Assembly (NCBI GenBank): GCA_937128795.1
Contig: CAKZMQ010000018.1
Location: forward strand, 74,523 to 138,522
DNA: 64,000 bases
Source: an uncultured Solirubrobacterales bacterium
GTDB taxonomy: Bacteria; Actinomycetota; Thermoleophilia; Solirubrobacterales; JACPNS01
Direction of reading: 5' to 3'
The notes beneath the pieces were generated by a model. That model saw only the letters and a list, made by a program, of their open reading frames with translations. It searched no databases and was not told the DNA's origin. Position numbers and translations under genes: made by a program. Shown in pieces: positions 26,632 to 35,773 of the stretch (position 1 is its first letter; each line of letters opens with the position of its first letter).

Positions 26632-27129
26632 GTGAGTTCCTTCGATCCAGAATCGCCCGCCGGCGATGCCCCCGCAGCCCCTCGGGCCGAATCGGCCGAC
26701 GACGCTCCGGTGCTTCGTCTCGGCGGGATTCACCACCTTACGGCGATTTGTTCGAACCTCGAGCGCACGGTTAGCTTCTACCGCGACCTCTTGGGCATGA
26801 GCTTGCTCAAGCAGTCGGTGAACGAAGACGATCCCGGTGCACGCCACTTCTACTTCGGTGACGCCGAAGCCTCGCCCGGGTCGATCATCACATTCATGGA
26901 GTACCCGAACATGGAGGAGGGCAACGTTGGGGTCGGCATCGTGCACCATTTCGCACTTCGTACCGGCTCGCTGGCCGAGCTTGACGGTTGGTACAAGCAC
27001 CTGACCGACCACGGCGTGCAGTGCACCGAGCCGCTGAACAGGACGTACTACAGCTCGATCTACTTCCGCGATCCCGACGGCAACATCGTTGAGATCGCCA
27101 CCGACGGTCCCGGCATCGTCATCGACTGA
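26632..27129 (+). CDS. VOC-family (glyoxalase/bleomycin-resistance/ring-cleaving dioxygenase fold) protein
   Basis: IHHLTAICSNLERTVSFYRDLLGM ... SIYFRDPDGNIVEIATDGPG. Confidence 0.8.
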   Translation: MSSFDPESPAGDAPAAPRAESADDAPVLRLGGIHHLTAICSNLERTVSFYRDLLGMSLLKQSVNEDDPGARHFYFGDAEASPGSIITFMEYPNMEEGNVGVGIVHHFALRTGSLAELDGWYKHLTDHGVQCTEPLNRTYYSSIYFRDPDGNIVEIATDGPGIVID

Positions 27130-27187
27130 CCGCGTTTATTGGCCCGGTCGCAGCTCATGTGGAGCTGGCTGGGCAATTGGCTGGGAG

Positions 27188-27607
27188 CTAGCTCGAGGGG
27201 GCGATTGAAGAACCGCCGCCGCCCGCAAAGAACGTGAACCAGATGCCGAACGCGGCGAGTGCGATGCCAACGCTGATCACCAAGACCGGCTCGAGCGGCG
27301 TGCGCTTGGGTTTGCGATCGTTCAACTCGACGTATTCCTCGTACCAGTTGCGGTTGAGGACACCGAGAACCTTTATCAAGGCGACGATCGTCGCGAGAGC
27401 GCCGACGCCCATCACAAGGATCGCCAGGCCGAGCGAATCGGCCGAAGCCTTGACCTGAGATCCGATCCACAGCCAGCCACCGGGAACGCCGACCCACATC
27501 GTCACGCCGACGATGAACATGCCAATCGCATTGCCGCGCATGCGCGGTGATTTCACTTCAGTCTGCTGCATCGAGACTGCCCGTGTACTCCCAGTTGCCA
27601 TTTGCAA
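27188..27607 (-). CDS. Hypothetical membrane protein (3-4 TM)
   Basis: 139 aa. Hydrophobic segments include AIGMFIVGVTMWVGVPGGWLWIG, LGLAILVMGVGALATIVALI and VLVISVGIALAAFGIWFTFF. It is the last gene of the minus-strand Mce-MMPL series. Confidence 0.55.
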   Translation of the reverse strand: MQMATGSTRAVSMQQTEVKSPRMRGNAIGMFIVGVTMWVGVPGGWLWIGSQVKASADSLGLAILVMGVGALATIVALIKVLGVLNRNWYEEYVELNDRKPKRTPLEPVLVISVGIALAAFGIWFTFFAGGGGSSIAPSS

Positions 27608-27705
27608 AACTCCCCCAAGTTTGAACTCGCCATCGAATGATGTAAAGCTCCGCTTGGAGAAAAGTAGCGCATAACCCGTTTGGTCGTGAATTCAGAGTAC
27701 GTCGA

Positions 27706-28215
27706 TCAAAGCACACCGCGACCGTCGGCGCGACGAATGTAGTCCCGTCGCAACGCTGGAAACAGCAATGCGAAGACGCCGATCGCGATAGCGGCGCGGA
27801 TGCCGATCCCAATCGTGAACAACGTCGTGCTGCCGATCAACGCCAGCAGAGCGACGATGCCGGCGAGCATGCCGGCGTGCGGCCGATAGCCATTGAAGTG
27901 TTCGCGGAGAATCGTGTCGAGGCCCCCGATACACGCGAGCACGACACCGGCGCCAATCAGACCGCGCCCGGCATTTCCTCCGATCAGCGCACCGACGATC
28001 AGGAGCACGATGCCGCTGAAAATCGCCAACTCCATCAACGGAAAGGGATCCCACGGCGCCTTTGGTCGCTCCTTGATCTTCGCCTCGGCAACACTCGAAG
28101 CCGCGTCGGCGCGTGCTTTCATGCGCTGTCGGCTCTGCTTGGCGCGCGAAGTCCCCGGGTCGACATCCGCCTCGACGGTCTGGCGTTGCTGCTGCCTGCG
28201 TGATCGTTTACCCAT
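27706..28215 (-). CDS. Hypothetical membrane protein with a basic N-terminal tail
   Basis: 169 aa with about 4 TM segments. Its start overlaps the stop of the upstream thioredoxin-fold gene by 8 nt. Confidence 0.55.
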   Translation of the reverse strand: MGKRSRRQQQRQTVEADVDPGTSRAKQSRQRMKARADAASSVAEAKIKERPKAPWDPFPLMELAIFSGIVLLIVGALIGGNAGRGLIGAGVVLACIGGLDTILREHFNGYRPHAGMLAGIVALLALIGSTTLFTIGIGIRAAIAIGVFALLFPALRRDYIRRADGRGVL

Positions 28216-28798
28216 TGGTTTCGAATGGTTCGAGTAGCTGTCTGGCGGTCTGCGTGCCGAGCTTAACCGTCGTCGTGCTCTGGTCCTCGGACCAGAAAAC
28301 GCTCGGGCAGCCAGTCACCGCATAGAGCGAAGCCACCGCCCCGTCGCGATCGACGGCAACCGGAAGCGTCCAACCCTGCCGACGAACGACTTCTGCGACT
28401 TCGGGCTTGGTGTTGTTGAACGACACGGCCACGACGTTCAGCTTGGGGTCCTGCTCGACGACATCCTGCAAAACGTTGACCTGTTCGATGCACTCGGGCT
28501 TTGTCGTGTTCCAGAAGACGATGATCGCGCGACCGTCCAGTTCCTTGCATGAGTTGAACGCATCCGGCAAGTCGACGTCACACGCGGCCGTGGCATCTTC
28601 GGCTGCAGCCTGCGCCGTGGTGAAGACGTTTGCATCGCCGTCGAGCTCGCCGAGCGCCAGAGGAGCTGCGAATGCCGGAAGCGGACGGTCGATCAGGTTC
28701 TCCGAGCCGACCGGCCGCGAACCACCGAACAGCGTGACCAGCGAAACGACGACGGCGATCAGGAGCAGCGCCGTGAAACCCCTCCAGAAGGCATTCAT
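28208..28798 (-). CDS. Membrane-anchored thioredoxin-fold (TlpA/redoxin-like) protein lacking a CxxC motif
   Basis: N-terminal TM ALLLIAVVVSLVTLF. The usual FWASWCxxC position reads FWNTTKPEC (single Cys). ATGA overlap with the MMPL stop. Confidence 0.65.
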   Translation of the reverse strand: MNAFWRGFTALLLIAVVVSLVTLFGGSRPVGSENLIDRPLPAFAAPLALGELDGDANVFTTAQAAAEDATAACDVDLPDAFNSCKELDGRAIIVFWNTTKPECIEQVNVLQDVVEQDPKLNVVAVSFNNTKPEVAEVVRRQGWTLPVAVDRDGAVASLYAVTGCPSVFWSEDQSTTTVKLGTQTARQLLEPFETNG

Positions 28799-31443
28799 GG
28801 CCCGGTTGGCGCAGGGTCGGACTCGGTCGCGTCAGGCGGTGTTGATTCTGGCTGGGTCGCATCGACGTTGGTCCGTTTCGCGATCGCGCGTTGTTCGGCT
28901 CGGCTCTCGGCCCATGCGGTCACCGCTGGAAGCAGCAGGACGGTGCTGGCGAGCGCCACGGCGAGGTCAACCACTGCGACCAACGCGAAGCCCCTGAGCA
29001 TGTTGATGTCACTCACGGCGAGTGCTGCGAAACCAGCGATCGCGGTCGCGCCCGAAGCGAACACAGCCGGACCGATGCGGCGATAAGAGCGGCGAAAGGC
29101 CTGCTCCACGTTGAGCTTGGCGTTGGCCGCGCGCTCGCGCAGGTACTGCAGGTAGATCAAAAGCGTGAACTCGCCGGCGATCGCGATGATGAAAACGCTG
29201 AGCGCGGCGGACATCGGGTTGAGCGGAACACGGATCACGAACAACAACAGCGATGCCAACCCCGCCGCGATCGCGACGGAAATGACCGGCGGCAGAGCCT
29301 GACGAATGCCGTTCGTGACAGCGACAAGCACCAGGAAAAGCAGCCCGAGCGCAGCGGCGGCGATCAGCAGACGTCGCAGTGGATCGCTCAGCGCGCCGCT
29401 CGCGTCGGCGGCCTGAGCATTCAGGCCAACGATCGAAACGCTCACGCCCGCTGGTGGTTTGGTCGATTCGATGCGATCACGCATCTTGTCGATCGTCGCC
29501 TTCTGGTCGTTCAGCGACTCCTGCTGCAGGCCAAACGCCAACGTCGCCTTCTTGCGGTCCTCCGAGAGCAACCCACGCGTGAAGCCGCCCGACGAACCGA
29601 GCAGGTCGCGAATGTTCGCCTTTGTCAGTTCCTGGCCGCGGAAGATCTCCGTCAGCGAGAGCGCCGGACAGAGGTTCGCGTTCTTGCAGCTCGGGCGCTC
29701 TCCCTTGTATCCGGCATCGGCAAGCGCCTGTTCCTGGTACTTGCGCATCCAGTCGATCACCTTTGGATTGGTCACGTCCTTGGCCTCGACCAGCACGTCG
29801 ACCTGGCCGCTCGAACCGGTGAGATTCTGCAACAACTCGGCGTCCTGCACCGCCGGAAGGTTCGACGGCACGAGTTGGCTGATGTCGGTCGAGACCGGCG
29901 ACAGCAAGCCGGCGCTCCAGCCGATCACGGCGAGCGTCGCGGCGATCGCGAAGGTCTTTGCGGGTCGCACTAGCGAGCGGTCGAACAGTTTGCGCAGTCG
30001 CAGCCACTTCGCGGCCCTCTGCGCGGGTTCGCGCTGCGAGCGAGGCTTGGTTGCGCCTCCGGCCCAGCCGAGCGTGGCAAATCCAGCAGTCAGAACGACG
30101 ACTATCGCGAGCGCCACGCCGACAACCAGCAGCAGACCGAATCCACGGACCAACGGCACCGGAGAAAGCAACAGCGCCAGCAGAGCGGCGATCGTGGCAG
30201 TGGCAGCCGCGAGCACCGGCGGTCCGCCGCCGGCTGCAGCAGAGCGAACCGCCTCCTCGGGTTCCTCCCCCTCCCGCATCGCCCGATCGGCGCGGGCGTG
30301 GAACTGAATCGCGTAGTCGACGGCCAACCCGACGAGCACGGGCAGCACCGCTACCGCACCGACGCCGATCGCCGAACCGGACAGCGCCAACAGGCCGTAC
30401 GTCATCGCGGCCGCCATCAAAGCGAGCGCCAGCGGAAGCAGCCGCAACTCGGCCGGGAACACGATCAGCAATGCGATCGCCATCACGATCAGGGCGGCGA
30501 TCAGCAGCGTCACGATCGCGGTCTCGATCGAATCCTGGATACCGGTCAACACCACCGGCGCGCCGGTGACGATGTACTGACCGTTGTCCAGCTGGTATTT
30601 GGCGTCGGCGGTCGCGCGCTTGACGAGGTCAACTGCCTCGGCACGTTGCGCGGGAGTCATGTCCGGTCGCAGGCGTACCTGGATCAGCGCTGTGTTTTTG
30701 TTCGGGAAGATGTAGCCCCAACGGCTCTTCGGCACGTCCGAACCGCTGACCGGGTCGAATATCAGCTGCGCGACGAACGCCGGGTTGTCGAGCCGCGGCG
30801 GGTCGGTCGGACTGAGTCCATATTCACTACCCAACTGGAGCGCGTACTTGAGCATTTCGAGACGCGCGATGTCGTTGGCGGCGTCGCGCACCCGCTCCTG
30901 CTCCTCAACGGATTTACCCTGCCGTTTGGCGATCTCGGCGGCGGCCTCCCCCGCCTCCCTACCTTCACGCTGCGCACGCTTGATCAGCTTGCTCGAGGAC
31001 GCGTTGATCGACTCGGCTGCCGTGTTGACGAACGTGCCGGGGCCGTAGACCGCAACGGCAGGCTTGAACTCGCCGATCTCTTTGCAGATCTGCGGGATGT
31101 TCTGGGCCGCCTTGGCCTCGTTGGGGATGTTTCCGGAGAGGCAACCTTCGAGCCCCGCGAGCACGCCGAGATCCTTGCCGAGCACCATTTTCGGCAGATC
31201 ACCCTTGGCGACGATGAATATCGGATCGCCGCCGAATTCGGCTGCCCAGCGTTCCGTGGCCTTGTACGTGTCCGAGCTGGTTCCGGTGATCGATTCAACG
31301 CCGGTGTCCGGAGACAATCGCAGCGCGCCGAGCGCACCTGCGAGTGCGACGAGGCCGACCAGCGCGATCACGACTGGCGGTTTCTTCAGTGACAGGCGGG
31401 CGGCGCCGGATGCCGTCCGTTGAAATAAATTCGGGAGATTCAC
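28795..31443 (-). CDS. MMPL-family (RND superfamily) membrane transporter
   Basis: 882 aa. Two 6-TM bundles are each preceded by a large extracytoplasmic domain, the typical MMPL organisation. GTG start 42 nt after the mceF-position stop. Confidence 0.88.
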   Translation of the reverse strand: MNLPNLFQRTASGAARLSLKKPPVVIALVGLVALAGALGALRLSPDTGVESITGTSSDTYKATERWAAEFGGDPIFIVAKGDLPKMVLGKDLGVLAGLEGCLSGNIPNEAKAAQNIPQICKEIGEFKPAVAVYGPGTFVNTAAESINASSSKLIKRAQREGREAGEAAAEIAKRQGKSVEEQERVRDAANDIARLEMLKYALQLGSEYGLSPTDPPRLDNPAFVAQLIFDPVSGSDVPKSRWGYIFPNKNTALIQVRLRPDMTPAQRAEAVDLVKRATADAKYQLDNGQYIVTGAPVVLTGIQDSIETAIVTLLIAALIVMAIALLIVFPAELRLLPLALALMAAAMTYGLLALSGSAIGVGAVAVLPVLVGLAVDYAIQFHARADRAMREGEEPEEAVRSAAAGGGPPVLAAATATIAALLALLLSPVPLVRGFGLLLVVGVALAIVVVLTAGFATLGWAGGATKPRSQREPAQRAAKWLRLRKLFDRSLVRPAKTFAIAATLAVIGWSAGLLSPVSTDISQLVPSNLPAVQDAELLQNLTGSSGQVDVLVEAKDVTNPKVIDWMRKYQEQALADAGYKGERPSCKNANLCPALSLTEIFRGQELTKANIRDLLGSSGGFTRGLLSEDRKKATLAFGLQQESLNDQKATIDKMRDRIESTKPPAGVSVSIVGLNAQAADASGALSDPLRRLLIAAAALGLLFLVLVAVTNGIRQALPPVISVAIAAGLASLLLFVIRVPLNPMSAALSVFIIAIAGEFTLLIYLQYLRERAANAKLNVEQAFRRSYRRIGPAVFASGATAIAGFAALAVSDINMLRGFALVAVVDLAVALASTVLLLPAVTAWAESRAEQRAIAKRTNVDATQPESTPPDATESDPAPTGP

Positions 31444-31485
31444 TGATCTGAACCTCGCTCGTGCTCGACGGTGCCCGCGCCGCGC

Positions 31486-33021
31486 CTACGGCGTGGTGGC
31501 TTCGGTCACATGCGGGAACATGTTCGAGCCGTTGAGGTCGAAGGTGGCTTGCTGGTCGCAGTTGGGTGCCGGCAAGTTGCCCGGCGCCTCGCCGGCGTAA
31601 ACGACCTGATTCAAAAGGTCATAGAGCGGCACTTGGGCCCCTGCGGGATTCTTGTAGGCGAGGTTGCCGGTGTAGAGCGAGGTGTCCGGGTTGAGCTCGG
31701 GCACGGCGATCGTGCCGCACGGACTTTGATCGAACACCTGTAGCCCCTGGGCGAGTCGCGCCATCCAACCAGGTCGCGGATAGGCGTTGCTTCGCGTCTT
31801 GACGGACTTGTTCGGGTAGTAGGCAAGGTTGTCCGGCGTCAGCGAGACGAACGCGCGCAGGTAGTGGCCGCTCTCGGTCTGTCCAGACTTTGGATTCGAT
31901 GGCGTGAACTGCGCCTGCGATGCAGCCGCGTCGTTGGCGGCGAACGCAGTGATCTCCTGCTGGTAGTAGCCGACGAACTGAAGAACCGGGTTGAGGTTGC
32001 GCAAGAACGGATCCAGTTGCGCGAGCGTCGGCTGTGCCAGCTTCAGAAATTCATCGGTCGCCGGCAGACCGCGGTCGGCCTTGTCGAGCATCGGCTCGAG
32101 GTTGTTGACGATCGCGCGAGCATCCTGCGTGACCTTCACGGATTTCTTCATGATCGCCGATGACGCGTCGGCGAAGTCACTAGTGTTCTTGATCAAGTTT
32201 TGAGTGCCGTCGGCGAACTCTTCGAACTGCTCGATCGTTTTCCGCGTCTCCCTGAGAAAGGCGGGAAACTCATTGAACGTCTCGGTCAGTTGCTGGCTGC
32301 GATTGGCCGTCACTCTGAGCAGGCGGTTGGACGTCAGAATCAGCTGCGTCAGTTGCCCGGGTCGACTGTCGATCGCCTCGAAAATGTCTGCGGTGTTGGC
32401 GAAGACTTTGCTGAGCGCTTTGTCCTGCCGGCGGAGCACGGTCATCAAGTCGTTGGAATCGGAGAGGAACATCGGAAGCACCCCGAACGCCTGATTGAGG
32501 TCGTCTCCGCGCCCCTTGACGGCAGTTGATTGCCCAACGAGCCAGTCGCCGAAAGCCTCGCGCGTGGCCGGGTTGAACGTACGGATCACTTCATCGAGTT
32601 CGACCTGGGGTGAAATCTGCACCTTCGAAATACGGCCGTTCTCGGGTATCGTCGGCAGCCCCTTGGTGCCGGGCGTCATCTCGACGTAGGTCTCACCGAG
32701 CAGCGTCTTGTTGCGCAGAATCGCGCGAACGTCTTCGGGCAGTGGCGCGTAGCGCGACTGAATTTCGATCGTCGCATCGGTGCGACCGTCCTTGGGCTCG
32801 ATCTTCTTGACCTTGCCGACGGTCACGCCGGAGATCCGTACGTCCGCCTCGGTCGCAAGCTGAACTGCCTCGTCGAACGACATCGTGACGCGATACCCCT
32901 GCGGCTTCAACGGCACGGCACCGCCGAACGAGACCCACAGGAAGAGAATCAACGAAAAGCACGAGAACGCGAACACGACCATCGCGGTCAACTGGGCTGG
33001 GCTGGGAGCGCGCTTGATCAT
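31486..33021 (-). CDS. Mce/MlaD-family substrate-binding protein, sixth position (MceF-like)
   Basis: N-terminal TM, then the Mce domain (RISGVTVGKVKKIE). The ATG at 33021 shares one nt with the upstream TGA; an alternative GTG lies at 33030. Confidence 0.88.
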   Translation of the reverse strand: MIKRAPSPAQLTAMVVFAFSCFSLILFLWVSFGGAVPLKPQGYRVTMSFDEAVQLATEADVRISGVTVGKVKKIEPKDGRTDATIEIQSRYAPLPEDVRAILRNKTLLGETYVEMTPGTKGLPTIPENGRISKVQISPQVELDEVIRTFNPATREAFGDWLVGQSTAVKGRGDDLNQAFGVLPMFLSDSNDLMTVLRRQDKALSKVFANTADIFEAIDSRPGQLTQLILTSNRLLRVTANRSQQLTETFNEFPAFLRETRKTIEQFEEFADGTQNLIKNTSDFADASSAIMKKSVKVTQDARAIVNNLEPMLDKADRGLPATDEFLKLAQPTLAQLDPFLRNLNPVLQFVGYYQQEITAFAANDAAASQAQFTPSNPKSGQTESGHYLRAFVSLTPDNLAYYPNKSVKTRSNAYPRPGWMARLAQGLQVFDQSPCGTIAVPELNPDTSLYTGNLAYKNPAGAQVPLYDLLNQVVYAGEAPGNLPAPNCDQQATFDLNGSNMFPHVTEATTP

Positions 33022-34346
33022 CAGGCACACGGTCCCTTCGGTGTCTTCGGCAGTCCCGTCAGGCCGAGCAGCGTGGTGAGAACAGGGTTGTTTCCGTTCG
33101 CGGCAAGACCGACAGGTTGGTAGGAGCAGTTGTCACCGAGCAATGCGCCCGCTTGGATGGCGCCGTTCGCGTCTGCGCGGTTGAACGCGGAGGCAGACAG
33201 GTGGTTGAACCATGAGAGCCAATAGAGGTATCCCTCTTCGGAGCCCTTCGGGTTGTAGGCAACGATGTTCAGCAGGTTGTTGAACGAGGTGGTGGCGCGG
33301 GTGGCGTTTGGCGTGAGCGAGGCGAATCCCTTGGCCGTCGGATTGAGCTGCGCGAGCAGTGGCTGCGAGTCGATCGCGAGCGGCCGGAATGAGTCACGCG
33401 TGACCTTCGTCTGATCCTTGAAGAATGGGCGCAATGACTTGAGCGAGACGCCGAGGTCCTCGGCGAGTGGCTGAAGCTCCTCGAACGCGACGGCGGAGTC
33501 CTCGATCACCTGCTGGGATGCCTCGGCGGCGTCTGCGGTCGCACCAAAAGCTCCCGGCACCTTCTGGATGATCTGACGAATCGCCTCCTGCTCGCTCGCC
33601 CACGTCTGGAACGTCGCCGAAGACGAATCGATCAACGAGGCAAACGCATCGCTGTTGTCACCGAGCTCTTTGGCCAGCAGCGCCAAGTTCGTGATCGCGC
33701 GCTTGATGTTCTTGCGGCGCTTTTCGAGCTGCTTGACGATCTTCACGCCGTACTTACCGGTGGCCGGGAATCGTTTGAAACCGTCGCGAAGGTTGCCGCC
33801 CTGACCGGCAAGACCCTCACCTGCGCCGGTGAGCAGCGCCTGGAAGTAGTCGCGCGTATCGGCGTCCAGAACCGCGAGGAACTCGTCGAAGTTCACCGTC
33901 GGCTTCGTGTTCGCCTGCGGAACGACGCCGCCTTCTGGTATTTCGCCCGATGCGGCCGTTCCCGGCTTCATATCGATATACATGTCAGCCAGCGCCGTCT
34001 TCGGTCGCAGCGTCAACTGAACGTCGTTGTGGATAGGTGCATGCGCGCGGCGGATCTTCATCTCGACGCGAGCGGCGCCGTTCTTCAGCCGCACCTGTCC
34101 GATCTCGCCGACGGGAACTCCGGCGATGTTGACGGTCTGGCCCTGACCGGGCATGACCGCCTGAGCGTTGCTGAACTCAGCCTCGACGGTGTAGAAGTCG
34201 GTTCCAAGAACTGGGACCCAGGCCGGCAGGTAGAAGCGCTGGTTCGACAACAGGTAGCCGGCGATGCCGAGTGAAACGATCACCAGCACGACGACTGCGG
34301 CCATGTGGATGCCGTACCGCTTCATTGATTTGCGCAGCCCGTGCAT
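33021..34346 (-). CDS. Mce/MlaD-family protein, fifth position (MceE-like)
   Basis: Trimmed to the ATG at 34346 (MHGLRKSMKRYGIHMAAVVVLVIV), which shares one nt with the upstream TAA. Mce domain NIAGVPVGEIGQVRL. Confidence 0.88.
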   Translation of the reverse strand: MHGLRKSMKRYGIHMAAVVVLVIVSLGIAGYLLSNQRFYLPAWVPVLGTDFYTVEAEFSNAQAVMPGQGQTVNIAGVPVGEIGQVRLKNGAARVEMKIRRAHAPIHNDVQLTLRPKTALADMYIDMKPGTAASGEIPEGGVVPQANTKPTVNFDEFLAVLDADTRDYFQALLTGAGEGLAGQGGNLRDGFKRFPATGKYGVKIVKQLEKRRKNIKRAITNLALLAKELGDNSDAFASLIDSSSATFQTWASEQEAIRQIIQKVPGAFGATADAAEASQQVIEDSAVAFEELQPLAEDLGVSLKSLRPFFKDQTKVTRDSFRPLAIDSQPLLAQLNPTAKGFASLTPNATRATTSFNNLLNIVAYNPKGSEEGYLYWLSWFNHLSASAFNRADANGAIQAGALLGDNCSYQPVGLAANGNNPVLTTLLGLTGLPKTPKGPCA

Positions 34347-35773
34347 TACGGCGTGCTCCCCGGGCTTGGGGCCAGGTTCGGCCGCTGATTCTTGTAGCAC
34401 GGGACGTCGTTGCGAAGCGTTGGGTTCTTCGACGGCAGCAGCGGGTTGACGCCGATCTGCGGCTGAGCCGCCTTGCCGTACAGCGCGCCGGAGGGAGTCT
34501 GGACGTCAGCCGCAGAGCCGGACCCCAGGCGAAGCACGGGGCCGTTGCCGTTGAAGCCCTGCGCGGCGCTGTTCCAGCCGACGAGGGCGTACCAGAACTC
34601 TTTGTAGTTTTCCTTGCCGGAGCTGGCGGCGCCGTCCGACAGCGGCGTGTTCAGGGTCGGGAACCAGTTGTTGCTCCAGCATACGGCGATGCGGTTCAGC
34701 TGGGTGAACAGTCCGCGTGAGGCACCGGCGGTTTTGGCGAAATTCTCGACTGTGCGCTGGGCCAACGGCGCAGTCTTTCCGAGCTCGTTCTTCGAGAGCA
34801 ACGCCTGGGTTTGGTTGATCCACGGTCCGGCCTCACGTGCAGTCTCCGGAATCTCCTTCAATTGAGGGGCGATCGTGTCAGACCACTTGGTCAGTGCGGG
34901 GAGCAGCTGGTTGAGCTCGCGCAGCGTCGGCTCGGATTCGTAGGCGAGTCTCGAGAACTGCTTCGTCGACTGACGAAGCGCGTCCTCGTCGTCTGCGAAC
35001 GCACCGATCGTCGTTCCGAAATCAGCGATCAGCGGAACGAGCTGTGCCTCGCGATCGTTGATCGCGGTGTTGAAGTCGCGGAACCCGCGAAGAATCGTCA
35101 AGTTGGCGTCCGGGCTGTAGCCGATCAACGCGTCGAACAGCTTCGCTCCGCCGCGGAATCCATCGGGGCCGTAGCGGAACGCGCGGTTGAGCGCCTCGGC
35201 ACCCGTCAGTTTCTTGACGTCGTCGTCCTGCGTCTTGTTCTCCTCGGGCGTGCCGACGGTGTTGAAGGCCGTCCCGATTTCGGTGAAGATCGACGAGAGA
35301 CCCTTTCGCGCGTCGCTGTTGACGGCCGCGAGCAACTGATCCAACTGGACCGGTCCACCTGTCTGCGCGACCGGTATCGAACCACCGTCCTTGATCGCCG
35401 GCGAGCCGGGCGTGCCCGGCTTGAGGTCGACGAAGGCGTTGCCCTCCAGGAAGATTCGGAAACGCACCTTGGCAGTCGCGTTGGCGTGGATCGGCAGCGC
35501 CTCGTCATCGAGGTCGAGAACCAGCTTCGTGAGGTTGGAATCCTTCGCACGCTCGACCTTGGCGACCCTTCCGACGTTCACGCCGGCGATTCGGACCGGC
35601 GATCTCGGTTGTATGTTCGCCGCGTTGGTGAAGTACGCGTTCACTTCGTAGCCGCGCGTGAACGGGATGTCCTTCGTGAACGCGAAGTAGACGAGGACCG
35701 TCAGCACGATCAGTCCGATCACGCCTGCCTTGCGACGGCTCATGCCGTGTTCTCTTCCGCCGTGCAGGGTCAT
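34346..35773 (-). CDS. Mce/MlaD-family protein, fourth position (MceD-like)
   Basis: 475 aa with an N-terminal TM. Mce domain RIAGVNVGRVAKVE. ATGA overlap with the upstream gene. Confidence 0.88.
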   Translation of the reverse strand: MTLHGGREHGMSRRKAGVIGLIVLTVLVYFAFTKDIPFTRGYEVNAYFTNAANIQPRSPVRIAGVNVGRVAKVERAKDSNLTKLVLDLDDEALPIHANATAKVRFRIFLEGNAFVDLKPGTPGSPAIKDGGSIPVAQTGGPVQLDQLLAAVNSDARKGLSSIFTEIGTAFNTVGTPEENKTQDDDVKKLTGAEALNRAFRYGPDGFRGGAKLFDALIGYSPDANLTILRGFRDFNTAINDREAQLVPLIADFGTTIGAFADDEDALRQSTKQFSRLAYESEPTLRELNQLLPALTKWSDTIAPQLKEIPETAREAGPWINQTQALLSKNELGKTAPLAQRTVENFAKTAGASRGLFTQLNRIAVCWSNNWFPTLNTPLSDGAASSGKENYKEFWYALVGWNSAAQGFNGNGPVLRLGSGSAADVQTPSGALYGKAAQPQIGVNPLLPSKNPTLRNDVPCYKNQRPNLAPSPGSTP

